Source: a virus
Lineage: Duplodnaviria; Caudoviricetes
Length of the DNA stretch: 35,073 nt
Virus record (IMG/VR): IMGVR_UViG_3300030095_001401
Location: 1 to 35,073 of that record
Direction: 5' to 3' (one strand)
In this document: piece by piece, positions 27,656-35,073 of the stretch
Position numbering within the stretch: position 1 is the stretch's first letter
Layout of the letters: each line of letters starts with the position of its first letter
Position numbers and translations under genes: made by a program
The notes under the pieces: generated by a model
Seen by the model: the letters and a program-made list of their open reading frames with translations, nothing else
Databases searched by the model: none
What the model was told of the DNA's origin: nothing

Positions 27656-28489
27656 ATGAAGAGAGAGAAAAAAGGTACGCCTACCCTATTAAGTGAGGCG
27701 ATTCTTAAGTTAATGAAATCTGAAGATGGCGATTGGCAAAAGCCATGGCGCAATAAGAAGTTCATTACTTGTCAAGGACACTACCTATCTGGTGGTAATC
27801 TGGTAACTCTAGCTAGTCTATCTACATTTGATAGAACAGTGTGGGGAACCTACGATCAATGGAACTGGCATGGATGTCAGGTAAAGAAAGGAGCTAAAGC
27901 AGTTAAGCTTACAGTATACAAAGGCAAAGATGAGGACGGTCGTTCAAAGTTTGGTAAGTATATTGCATTCAATATCGAACAGGTCGATGGAGATGTTGGT
28001 AAGTTTAGCGGCTTTGACACAATAGATATCAATCAAGATACTAGATCAGATGAAGCTGATGCTCTCATTAATAAACTAGGTTCAATAGTTAAGCCAAGTA
28101 ATAGGGCTTGTTATATACCTAGTATAGATGAGATTAGAATGCCAGACTTTAAACAGTTTGATTCAGCAGCTGATTACTATGGTACTAGGACTCATGAAGA
28201 GGCACATCGTACCGGTCATGGATCTAGATTGGATCGCAATCTTAAAGGAAAGTTTGGAGATAAGAAGTATGCTATGGAAGAACTCATAGCTGAACTTACC
28301 TCATGCTTTATGTGTGTACAATTAGGTGTAATATCAGCACCTAGAAAAGACCATGCTCAATATTTAAACAGCTGGATACAGCTACTCTCTGATGATAAGA
28401 GAGCGTTTAATATGGCAGTAGGTCAAGCACAAAAAGCAACAAACTATATGTTAAACATAATGGGTCTTGAGATCCAGGAGGTAGCCTAA
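27656..28489 (+). CDS. ardC: ArdC-family antirestriction protein (ssDNA-binding domain plus zincin-like metallopeptidase)
   Basis: WQKPW, YLSGGN, WGTYDQW...GCQVKKGAK, FNIEQV, ACYIPSIDEIRMP...F, THEEAHRTGH..RLDR, YAMEELIAEL, HAQYLNSW; start revised to ATG 27656. Confidence 0.93.
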   Translation: MKREKKGTPTLLSEAILKLMKSEDGDWQKPWRNKKFITCQGHYLSGGNLVTLASLSTFDRTVWGTYDQWNWHGCQVKKGAKAVKLTVYKGKDEDGRSKFGKYIAFNIEQVDGDVGKFSGFDTIDINQDTRSDEADALINKLGSIVKPSNRACYIPSIDEIRMPDFKQFDSAADYYGTRTHEEAHRTGHGSRLDRNLKGKFGDKKYAMEELIAELTSCFMCVQLGVISAPRKDHAQYLNSWIQLLSDDKRAFNMAVGQAQKATNYMLNIMGLEIQEVA

Positions 28490-28677
28490 TGGCTAAACAA
28501 AAATATTTCAATATAGACATAGACAAATGCGAACTTGTCGGTGGTGACAATGCTGAGTACGAGTTATGGCAAGATAAATATGATGGTACTGTTTACAGAG
28601 TAGGTATTAATATTCATAGGTCTACCTACCGAGCAGAGATAGTACCACCTGAAATTAAACAAGAGGAGTTAATATAA
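28489..28677 (+). CDS. Hypothetical protein, 62 aa
   Basis: AGGAGG RBS; TAATG coupling at both ends. Confidence 0.8.
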   Translation: MAKQKYFNIDIDKCELVGGDNAEYELWQDKYDGTVYRVGINIHRSTYRAEIVPPEIKQEELI

Positions 28678-29108
28678 TGGGCAAAATAAAAGAACATTAC
28701 ATGGAAACAACAAGTAATGAAAAACAAATGCATGATGCTGAAGTAGATATTATGATGGAGATGGCAGGCACTGCCTCATTCATGACAAACTTTACTAGAT
28801 TTCATAGGGATAATCCTATGATATTCCATAGAGTAGTAGAGTTTGCTGATAGGCAACGCTTAAAGCGTACTCATTACAGCATTGAAATCATAATGAATGT
28901 GATTAGATATCACACGGACTTGGATGGAAAGGGAGATCCATTCAAGATTAATAATAACTATAAAGCATTTTATGCAAGAATGTATATGGAATATCGTGAG
29001 TGTCCAGGCTTCTTTGAAAAGAGAGGTAGCTTGGCTGATGACCATGATTATAGTTATCAAATAAAACAATATAAGGAGTGGCTTGATGAGCAAGAAACAA
29101 ATAAATGA
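28677..29108 (+). CDS. Conserved-type phage hypothetical protein, 143 aa
   Basis: FH..NP, IRYHT, FKINNNYKAFYARMYM, FFEKR; GAGGAG RBS. Confidence 0.82.
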   Translation: MGKIKEHYMETTSNEKQMHDAEVDIMMEMAGTASFMTNFTRFHRDNPMIFHRVVEFADRQRLKRTHYSIEIIMNVIRYHTDLDGKGDPFKINNNYKAFYARMYMEYRECPGFFEKRGSLADDHDYSYQIKQYKEWLDEQETNK

Positions 29109-29430
29109 AGATTGGATGCCATCTGAAAAAACATTAATTAAGATGATGACAGATTATCCAGGAGTAAACATACAATATGAGAAAGAAAAGTTCATTGACT
29201 ATTACCTCAGCAATGGAGGTGTATCAGCAAATTGGGAAGCAGCTTTCCGAAACTGGATTAGGCGTGCCGATGAGTACGCTAGATCAAGAGGAGTTAAAGA
29301 ATCAGGACACACTGAAACTAATTCCTCTAATGTTTCGAGTAGAAGGAAGCGTATTCTTAGAGTTGCGAAGTCAGGAGATTCAACAGTGGATGGGCGTGTC
29401 AAACGACTTCCCTCTGGAGAAAGGGATTGA
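29086..29430 (+). CDS. DnaT-like DNA-binding replication protein
   Basis: DWMPS...EKFIDYYLS.G....NWEAAFRNWIRR matches the DnaT-type domain of phage replication initiators; AAGGAG RBS before ATG 29086. Confidence 0.72.
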   Translation: MSKKQINEDWMPSEKTLIKMMTDYPGVNIQYEKEKFIDYYLSNGGVSANWEAAFRNWIRRADEYARSRGVKESGHTETNSSNVSSRRKRILRVAKSGDSTVDGRVKRLPSGERD

Positions 29431-29812
29431 TGGAGTAGCCGTTGATATGTGTCAGAAGTATGTAGTCCAAATGGAACCATGCAAGAGAGAGGATATAGCA
29501 TTAGCCCTTGAGACTATTGCCTCTACCTTTCAATGCAAGGTTCCAGATGACTTCGGATTGACACAGTATTTCAATCTTTTAGAACAGTATCCTAGGTTTT
29601 GTATAGAAGAAGCAACACATCAGTTGCTCACTACCTATACTTACCCTAGGTTACCATTGCCTAAAGACTTTATTGATATATGTCAGCCGATGTATATCGA
29701 ACATAAAGAATGGTTGATTAAAACATCTAAATCTTTTTATCAATTGGAAGTATTTAAGAAAATGGGAGGTAAAGTTAAGAACAAATACCTACCAGATGTA
29801 GAAGAAACATAG
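29270..29812 (+). CDS. Putative helicase loader/replication accessory protein (start uncertain)
   Basis: YFNLLEQYP...IEEA...LL.TY.YPRLPLPKDFID resembles helical loader-type proteins found after phage initiators. Confidence 0.5.
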   Translation: MSTLDQEELKNQDTLKLIPLMFRVEGSVFLELRSQEIQQWMGVSNDFPLEKGIDGVAVDMCQKYVVQMEPCKREDIALALETIASTFQCKVPDDFGLTQYFNLLEQYPRFCIEEATHQLLTTYTYPRLPLPKDFIDICQPMYIEHKEWLIKTSKSFYQLEVFKKMGGKVKNKYLPDVEET

Positions 29813-29840
29813 TACAATAATAGGAAACAAGGAGATAAAT

Positions 29841-30632
29841 ATGAATAGAAATATAGACAGTACAGGAAACTATACTCTTGGTGGATCAGATGCCAACAGG
29901 CTGATGAGAGGAGAGTGGTTAAACTTGTATAAAGAAATCAAAGAAAAGAAAACAAGAGATGACTTATCAAAAGTATTACAAGTACAAATAGGTATAGCTA
30001 CTGAGAAAGTTAATCTTGATTTCTTACAATATGATATAGAACAGGAGGTGTTTAGAGATATAACTGTTGATCCAGATGATAAAAAATTATGGATGAGATC
30101 ATCATTAGATGGCATGACAGATGAAACTCATACACCTTGTGAAGCTAAACATACATATCAAGATAACAGAATGGAAGTATTAGCTCAAAACTACTATCCT
30201 CAATTACAACACTACATGATACATACACAAAAAGATTCTATGTATCTGTCAGTAATTTTTGGGAATAGAAGATTTGAATACACTCTCATTGATGCTGATT
30301 ACACTTATCAAAAAAAATTAATAGCAGTAGAAGAATGGTTTGTTGAACATCTTAATGAGAACAAAGAACCTAAAGCATACAAAGGCTTACCTACTATTAA
30401 TAAAGAAGATATTAAGTTAAATGGTATGAAGCAATATGACATGAAAGATCACATCAAATGGAAAGACTTTGCTAAACAATACAAAGAAGTTAAACCATAT
30501 GTTGATGAGTTTGAGAATTGTAAGAAAGCAATCAAAGGTTTAATGCCAGATGATTGTTATCGAGCAAGTGGAAACGGTGTCGTAGTGACTCGCAATAAGA
30601 AAAATATACTAACCATTAAGGAGGAAAGATAA
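29841..30632 (+). CDS. YqaJ/lambda-exonuclease family nuclease
   Basis: LGGSDA, G...E, WMRSSLDG, CEAK, YYPQLQHYM. Confidence 0.92.
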   Translation: MNRNIDSTGNYTLGGSDANRLMRGEWLNLYKEIKEKKTRDDLSKVLQVQIGIATEKVNLDFLQYDIEQEVFRDITVDPDDKKLWMRSSLDGMTDETHTPCEAKHTYQDNRMEVLAQNYYPQLQHYMIHTQKDSMYLSVIFGNRRFEYTLIDADYTYQKKLIAVEEWFVEHLNENKEPKAYKGLPTINKEDIKLNGMKQYDMKDHIKWKDFAKQYKEVKPYVDEFENCKKAIKGLMPDDCYRASGNGVVVTRNKKNILTIKEER

Positions 30633-31087
30633 TGGAAAGCAATTACACTAATACTCTTATTAAGAAGTTTAAAGAAGAGTATAAACTAGAGTCCACAGAC
30701 TTTTGGAACCTTGGTAGAGGTGGCAAGAACACGTGGATAATTAAACACAATGCACTTGAGAAAGTAGCAACACTAGACAAGATAACATGGACACTTGAAG
30801 TACTTAACTTTAGTCCAGATATTGTAGTCAAATGTGTAGCTACTAGTGGAGACAGAGTCGTTGAATCATTAGGCGAATCAACACCTAAGAATACAATGAA
30901 TCAGTACCCATATGCTATGGCAGAGAAGAGAGCAGTAGATAGATGTATCTTGAAACTACTCAACGCTCACGCCTACATATACTCAGAAGCAGAAGCTGAT
31001 GACTTTAAAGAGCCGGTAAGTAACAAAGTTAAGTTAGCTGCCAATAACCAAATTGATAACATCAAAGGAGATATAGATGGCAAATGA
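30632..31087 (+). CDS. Putative single-strand annealing protein
   Basis: Between exonuclease and SSB; SLGE...N..YPYAMAEKRAVDRCILKL and IYSEAEADDF recall Rad52/Erf-like annealases. Confidence 0.55.
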   Translation: MESNYTNTLIKKFKEEYKLESTDFWNLGRGGKNTWIIKHNALEKVATLDKITWTLEVLNFSPDIVVKCVATSGDRVVESLGESTPKNTMNQYPYAMAEKRAVDRCILKLLNAHAYIYSEAEADDFKEPVSNKVKLAANNQIDNIKGDIDGK

Positions 31088-31463
31088 TCTAAACAAAATC
31101 TGTTTAATAGGGAGGCTTGGCAAGGATGCCGAGCTTCTTACATCAAACAGAGGAACACAATACATGAAGTTCACTATGGCTACCAACAGAAGTGTAGGTA
31201 AAGAAGAGAGAACCGAATGGCATAACGTAACTGTATGGAATGAAAAGCTTGTAGAAAACCTACATCCATATCTAACTAAAGGTAAACAGATATATCTAGA
31301 GGGATTGGCTACTGTATGGAAGAAAGATGAAAGCAATACAATACCTTTCGTCGAAGTAAGCTATGGACATCACATACAATTATTAGGTAGCAAAGGGAAT
31401 GAATCGGAGGCACCCAAGAATGCCGAAGATGAAAGCCCTTTTGATCCAGGAGTACCATTTTAA
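31077..31463 (+). CDS. ssb: Single-stranded DNA-binding protein
   Basis: LNKICLIGRLGKDAE, TEWHNVTVW, YLTKGKQIYLEG, acidic tail ending in PF. Confidence 0.96.
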   Translation: MANDLNKICLIGRLGKDAELLTSNRGTQYMKFTMATNRSVGKEERTEWHNVTVWNEKLVENLHPYLTKGKQIYLEGLATVWKKDESNTIPFVEVSYGHHIQLLGSKGNESEAPKNAEDESPFDPGVPF

Positions 31464-31675
31464 TGACACCACATCAAATGGAAGTCTATGAGTATGTAAG
31501 AAGTATGATAGGGGAAGAAGGAATTTCCCCTACATACAACGAGATCCACACAATGTGTGACTTATCGTCTGTTAGTCAAGCATACAAAATAGTAGACAGT
31601 CTTATAAAGAAAGGCTACTTAATGAAAGAGGGACATGGAAGTAGACAACTACTGTTAACTGTGGAACATGAGTAG
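31463..31675 (+). CDS. Stand-alone LexA-type winged-helix DNA-binding protein
   Basis: TPHQMEVYEYV...GISPTYNEI...LSSVS.AY..V.SL.KKGYL; no peptidase domain. Confidence 0.85.
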   Translation: MTPHQMEVYEYVRSMIGEEGISPTYNEIHTMCDLSSVSQAYKIVDSLIKKGYLMKEGHGSRQLLLTVEHE

Positions 31676-31687
31676 CCAGACAAAGAT

Positions 31688-31990
31688 ATGGCAAAACTAA
31701 AACACACAAAACAAGAAAAAGAATTGATGAAAGAGATGGTTGAGTATGGATGTGTAATATGTAGAAAACACTATCAAGTCTATACTCAGCCTAATATTCA
31801 TCACTTCCGAAAAGGAGTAGGGATGGGTCAGCGTTCACGCTTATTCATTCCACTCTGTTGGACTCATCATCAGCATCCAAAGCATGGTATACATGGAGGC
31901 ACCAAATCATGGACTGCTAAGTATGGGACAGAGCAAGAATTGTTAGATTATTACTACGCTACTGTAAAGGATTATCAGAGCGAGCCTTAA
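31688..31990 (+). CDS. Ref-like (recombination enhancement) zinc-binding HNH nuclease
   Basis: GCVICR, IHH.R.G.GMGQRS, IPLCWTHHQ, GIH, W..KYGTEQELL. Confidence 0.85.
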   Translation: MAKLKHTKQEKELMKEMVEYGCVICRKHYQVYTQPNIHHFRKGVGMGQRSRLFIPLCWTHHQHPKHGIHGGTKSWTAKYGTEQELLDYYYATVKDYQSEP

Positions 31991-32183
31991 TCTCTTCTAC
32001 TTTGGCTTTGAGTACTGCAATTTCAGCCTTATTAATAGCTATGTCAGCAGTCAGAGGTTTAATATCTGGCGCTGACTTAGCTTCTAAGACCTCAACTCTT
32101 TGAATTAATTGTCCTTGATAGACAAACAATCCTCCTATTGTAATGACTAGACCAATAGCTCCTGTGATTACTTTAATATCCAC
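31959..32183 (-). CDS. Membrane-anchored coiled-coil protein, 74 aa
   Basis: N-terminal TM helix VITGAIGLVITIGGLFVY, heptads, ends in NPLQ; AGGAGG RBS. Confidence 0.82.
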   Translation of the reverse strand: MDIKVITGAIGLVITIGGLFVYQGQLIQRVEVLEAKSAPDIKPLTADIAINKAEIAVLKAKVEEIKARSDNPLQ

Positions 32184-33720
32184 GTATCCTCCTTAGATTT
32201 TCTTCTGCTCTAATTACTTTATCCACAGTTTCTTCAACTTTCCTTTGATAAAGAAACACTGGGTCATTATAGCTAATTTGAGTCTCAGCATATATATTTC
32301 TACCATCGCTATAGTCTCTTGAATAGTATTCATCTACATTACCTCCATCAATATTTGGTTGTATTAGTATATCTTGGTTCATATTGCTATAAGAATCAAG
32401 ATTAGTAGTGACCATTAGCTTAGCTACAATATTAGATGTAGCTACTAACTGTTGATCTACTGATGTAATAGTCTCAGCTACTTGCTTCTCTATATCTTCT
32501 ACTTGAATAGATTGGCTAGCCACTTCCGAAACTTCTGTATCGGACTCAACTCTACTTCCAGAGTCTGGATTGGTTGAGGTTTCACTTCTACTTTCGGACT
32601 CACTATTTGAGGTTCCGTTACTGGCTGCTGCATTGCTGTTGGATTCTTCGCTTTCAGTACTGTTGACTTCTGATTCAGATATGTTTTCAGTTCCGCTGGA
32701 TTCCTCTTCTCTGCTTGCGACTGTGATTTCTTCTTCAGTTTCAGTGTTTGCTTCGATAGTTTTATTTTGCTCATTTGAGTTTCCTCCTGGGATTTCTCCT
32801 GTTGGTTCAATTGTTTCTGTAATTTCTGTTGTTTCTTCAAAGCTTTCGACTTCTGTTGCGAACGCCTCGATGGTCTCCGGTTCTTCATATGCTACCTCCA
32901 TAGGTACAATTTCTTCTTCAATAGCTATAGTAAATATCTCAACGATTCCTGTGTTGATCTCTTCAATAGCTATCTCTTCGAAAGTTATTTCTTCTATCAT
33001 CTCTATTAAAATCTCTGGTTCTTCAAAAGGTATGAACTCTTCTACTATAAACTCTTCATATATAAATAATTCTTCTGGACTTATTGTAATTAAAACCTCT
33101 TCAATCTCTTCAAATGCCGTAGCAATTGTTGATGTTTGTATAGCTGATAATACTGTTGAGTCATATGTCATTATTACAGAAATATTATCCACATTAGGAC
33201 CGCCAAGACTAGCAGGACTATTGCCGTCAGCACCACTAATAAATATATTTCCTTGATTAGACCCTGTCCCAGTAAACGAAACGCTATCTGTAAAATCTTT
33301 TCCATTAATTCCCGTAACATTAGTTCTCTCCTGTGTTGTTGTGGCTAGTACATTACTCTCTGAATCTCTAATCTGTAGTCTGATTGTAAAAGTATCTGCT
33401 GGTCCATTACCTCCCCAACATCCTGATACTGCACACTCTCCGTTCTGTACTTCTACTGATGAGTTAAGAGTAATGCCATTGTTAAGCATAGGTTGTGTGA
33501 TGGTGTTAGAAAGTAAGTCGAAAGATTGTTCAATGTTGCCGCTATCTCCAAACTCTAGATCGTGTCCTCCTGGACAACAATCTCCAATCCTTTGGGAATC
33601 GCCAGATAAAGTCCATCCTGTTGTACCATTATCAAATGTTCCATTAGTTATTAGGTTGCCGGTAGTATCTGCAAGTACAGTACTACTTAGTAATATTGCC
33701 GCTAGGTATAGGCTTCTCAT
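32173..33720 (-). CDS. Exported protein: signal peptide, carbohydrate-binding-like beta domain, long Glu-rich region
   Basis: MRSLYLAAILLSSTVLA|D; NLITNGTFDNGTTGWT...GPNVDNIS (CBM-like jelly roll); E/I/P-rich then S/E-rich low complexity. Confidence 0.8.
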   Translation of the reverse strand: MRSLYLAAILLSSTVLADTTGNLITNGTFDNGTTGWTLSGDSQRIGDCCPGGHDLEFGDSGNIEQSFDLLSNTITQPMLNNGITLNSSVEVQNGECAVSGCWGGNGPADTFTIRLQIRDSESNVLATTTQERTNVTGINGKDFTDSVSFTGTGSNQGNIFISGADGNSPASLGGPNVDNISVIMTYDSTVLSAIQTSTIATAFEEIEEVLITISPEELFIYEEFIVEEFIPFEEPEILIEMIEEITFEEIAIEEINTGIVEIFTIAIEEEIVPMEVAYEEPETIEAFATEVESFEETTEITETIEPTGEIPGGNSNEQNKTIEANTETEEEITVASREEESSGTENISESEVNSTESEESNSNAAASNGTSNSESESRSETSTNPDSGSRVESDTEVSEVASQSIQVEDIEKQVAETITSVDQQLVATSNIVAKLMVTTNLDSYSNMNQDILIQPNIDGGNVDEYYSRDYSDGRNIYAETQISYNDPVFLYQRKVEETVDKVIRAEENLRRIRGY

Positions 33721-34315
33721 TCCACGTCATACTCGGTTTACTTTGAGTACCTCCTGTTAATTCTAATCTACGTTTCTCCATCCATCTTGCTTTCGCTTTT
33801 TGACCTATCAAACCCTCGATGGGACATGGCGTGCCAGCATCCATCATGGCTTGCCAGACATCTTCATTCTGGCACATTAAACTTATTGCTGCCACTTTCA
33901 TGCCAAGCTTAGCTAGTACAGATACGGATTTCCTACGCTCACACTCTTTATCTACCATGTAACTACCAAAACTACCGCTAAATCCTATGACTGTGACTCC
34001 AGCAGCCAATGGTATGACACAAGAATCCTGTCCATATACGCTCATAGAGGGCGCTGAGGCGCTGTTTACGGCTGTTTTCTGGTTAGTACTATTGTTGGTC
34101 TCATTGTTTGTTGTACTGTTAGAGGATGAGCCTGACTGATATGTGGTCGCTGACTCATAACCTCCAGTAATTGCTGTGTTTGAACCAGCATTATTGGACT
34201 GGGTATTCGTGGTTGAGCCAGATGAAGTAACATCTCCTATGGCATCAGCTATTCCGTAAGCTAGTATAATAACCAGCATTAGATAACAGCATTGTTTTAT
34301 GTACGGCATTTCCAT
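33683..34315 (-). CDS. Exported Cys-containing protein with a predicted amphipathic beta-hairpin
   Basis: Hydrophobic N-terminal signal; S/T/N-rich linker; ASAPS...DSC-hairpin-CERRK, GMKVAAISLMCQ, AGTPCP. Confidence 0.8.
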   Translation of the reverse strand: MEMPYIKQCCYLMLVIILAYGIADAIGDVTSSGSTTNTQSNNAGSNTAITGGYESATTYQSGSSSNSTTNNETNNSTNQKTAVNSASAPSMSVYGQDSCVIPLAAGVTVIGFSGSFGSYMVDKECERRKSVSVLAKLGMKVAAISLMCQNEDVWQAMMDAGTPCPIEGLIGQKAKARWMEKRRLELTGGTQSKPSMTWNEKPIPSGNITK

Positions 34316-34545
34316 TTTCTTAATGCCAATGCTTTTCTAGTTGGTCTGCCCTTACTATCTTTCATTGGTCCTTTTACTCCAGACATTCTGGCACAAAAAC
34401 TTTTACGTCTTGCTGCCGCCTTAGATCCTTTGGGTGCTTTACCTGTAACTGGTGCTTTAAGATTAGAGCCATCTTTTCTTTTGAAGTGCGCTCTTCCAGC
34501 TGCATTTAATCCACCGCTTGGGTTTTGATATTTTTTAGCTACCAT
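34297..34545 (-). CDS. Small basic phage protein (DUF6321-like, recalled)
   Basis: NPSGGLNAAGR, NLKAPV, RRKSFCARM, ALRKWKC. Confidence 0.85.
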   Translation of the reverse strand: MVAKKYQNPSGGLNAAGRAHFKRKDGSNLKAPVTGKAPKGSKAAARRKSFCARMSGVKGPMKDSKGRPTRKALALRKWKCRT

Positions 34546-34547
34546 AT

Positions 34548-34787
34548 TTAAGTCCTCGCATAACTTGGTTTACCTTTTGATGTATTATCTTTAGAGCGTT
34601 TTCTTCTGACTGCTGCTGATCGTTGAGATGATGTCATAGAATTAGCTTTAGCCAGAGGTACACACTTAGGATACTTTCTTCCGTCTCCCTTGCTTCTTCC
34701 GCATGGCTGCCATTTCCCGTTTTTTTTTGGCGACCCAATGTCTACCCATCTTTCTCGCACCCATGACTTAAGTCCTTTTTTTGCCAC
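34548..34787 (-). CDS. Small basic phage protein (DUF5872-like, recalled)
   Basis: GLKSW..E.WVDI, PCGRS, YPKCVP, SAAVRRKR; GGAGG RBS before GTG. Confidence 0.85.
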   Translation of the reverse strand: MAKKGLKSWVRERWVDIGSPKKNGKWQPCGRSKGDGRKYPKCVPLAKANSMTSSQRSAAVRRKRSKDNTSKGKPSYART

Positions 34788-34914
34788 TCTTTTTACCTCC
34801 AGGTTTTATTCTGCCTGAACATACACCTGATGCATACATATTTGCATATGCACTTGGATACTTTTTAAACTTTCTTTTAGCTGCCGCTTTACCTCTTGCA
34901 CATAGTTTAGCCAT
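34768..34914 (-). CDS. 48-aa Lys-rich protein, second allele (K7R)
   Basis: MAKLCARGKAAAKRKFKKYPSAYANMYASGVCSGRIKPGGKKSGKKRT*; GAGGA RBS. Confidence 0.9.
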   Translation of the reverse strand: MAKLCARGKAAAKRKFKKYPSAYANMYASGVCSGRIKPGGKKSGKKRT

Positions 34915-34915
34915 A

Positions 34916-35073
34916 TTATTTCCTCGTTAGTGATCCGCCAAAATATAATCCAATAATTGAGAATATTGTGTGTGATTGTAATGGACCAATAACAATTCCT
35001 GTCATAGGTTGCCATTTAGTTACATCATAATCACTAGCAAATATCCACCATCCCTCAGATACTGTTTCTATGT
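34916..35073 (-). CDS. 3' end of the putative holin, second allele (cut by contig end)
   Basis: Same C-terminus ...TIFSIIGLYFGGSLTRK* as 592-749, with 4 synonymous changes. Confidence 0.85.
   Translation of the reverse strand, partial: IETVSEGWWIFASDYDVTKWQPMTGIVIGPLQSHTIFSIIGLYFGGSLTRK

Larger units (their letters stand above)
1..35073. mobile_element. Near-complete circularly permuted podovirus-type phage genome (unit length 34709 bp with the 206-590 insert)
   Basis: Full set of terminase, portal, scaffold, capsid, tail tube and fibre genes; position 1 onward recurs at 34710, so the contig wraps around; no host housekeeping genes. Confidence 0.96.
34710..35073. repeat. Second allele of the 1-749 locus lacking 206-590
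   Basis: 34710-34914 aligns to 1-205 and 34915-35073 aligns to 591-749. Confidence 0.97.

Noticed and set aside
34806-35015. 69-aa ORF from the track
   Set aside because: Out-of-frame read across the holin 3' end and the 48-aa gene, whose frames are supported by synonymous variation

Overview
The window is an essentially complete, circularly permuted genome (about 34.7 kb, AT-rich) of a short-tailed phage. Its virion module is T7/BPP-1-like, but it has no recognisable DNA polymerase, RNA polymerase, primase, helicase, integrase or endolysin. Size, composition and gene content recall marine HTVC010P-type pelagiphages (inference only). Two divergent arms start from a symmetric pair of sigma70-like promoters at 25001-25108. 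The minus arm encodes TerS, small basic proteins, a NADAR-containing basic protein, TerL, portal, scaffold, capsid, tail tubes, ejection proteins, tail fibres, membrane proteins, more small basic proteins and a three-gene exported module. The plus arm encodes hypotheticals separated by hairpin-dense spacers, ArdC, a DnaT-like protein, YqaJ exonuclease, a putative annealase, SSB, a LexA-type HTH and a Ref-like HNH nuclease. The two contig ends cover the same locus in two alleles, with and without a 127-aa gene. Best leads: (1) variable Lys-rich proteins sharing an N-terminal leader (R-x-x-A-x-K-x-I-x-x-LLK), one carrying a NADAR domain and one present/absent between alleles, a candidate virion-cargo anti-defence system; (2) a tandem hairpin array with constant stems and variable loops at 26041-26264; (3) an exported three-gene module in a genome with no visible lysin. 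All family assignments are from motif recognition by eye; no searches were run.
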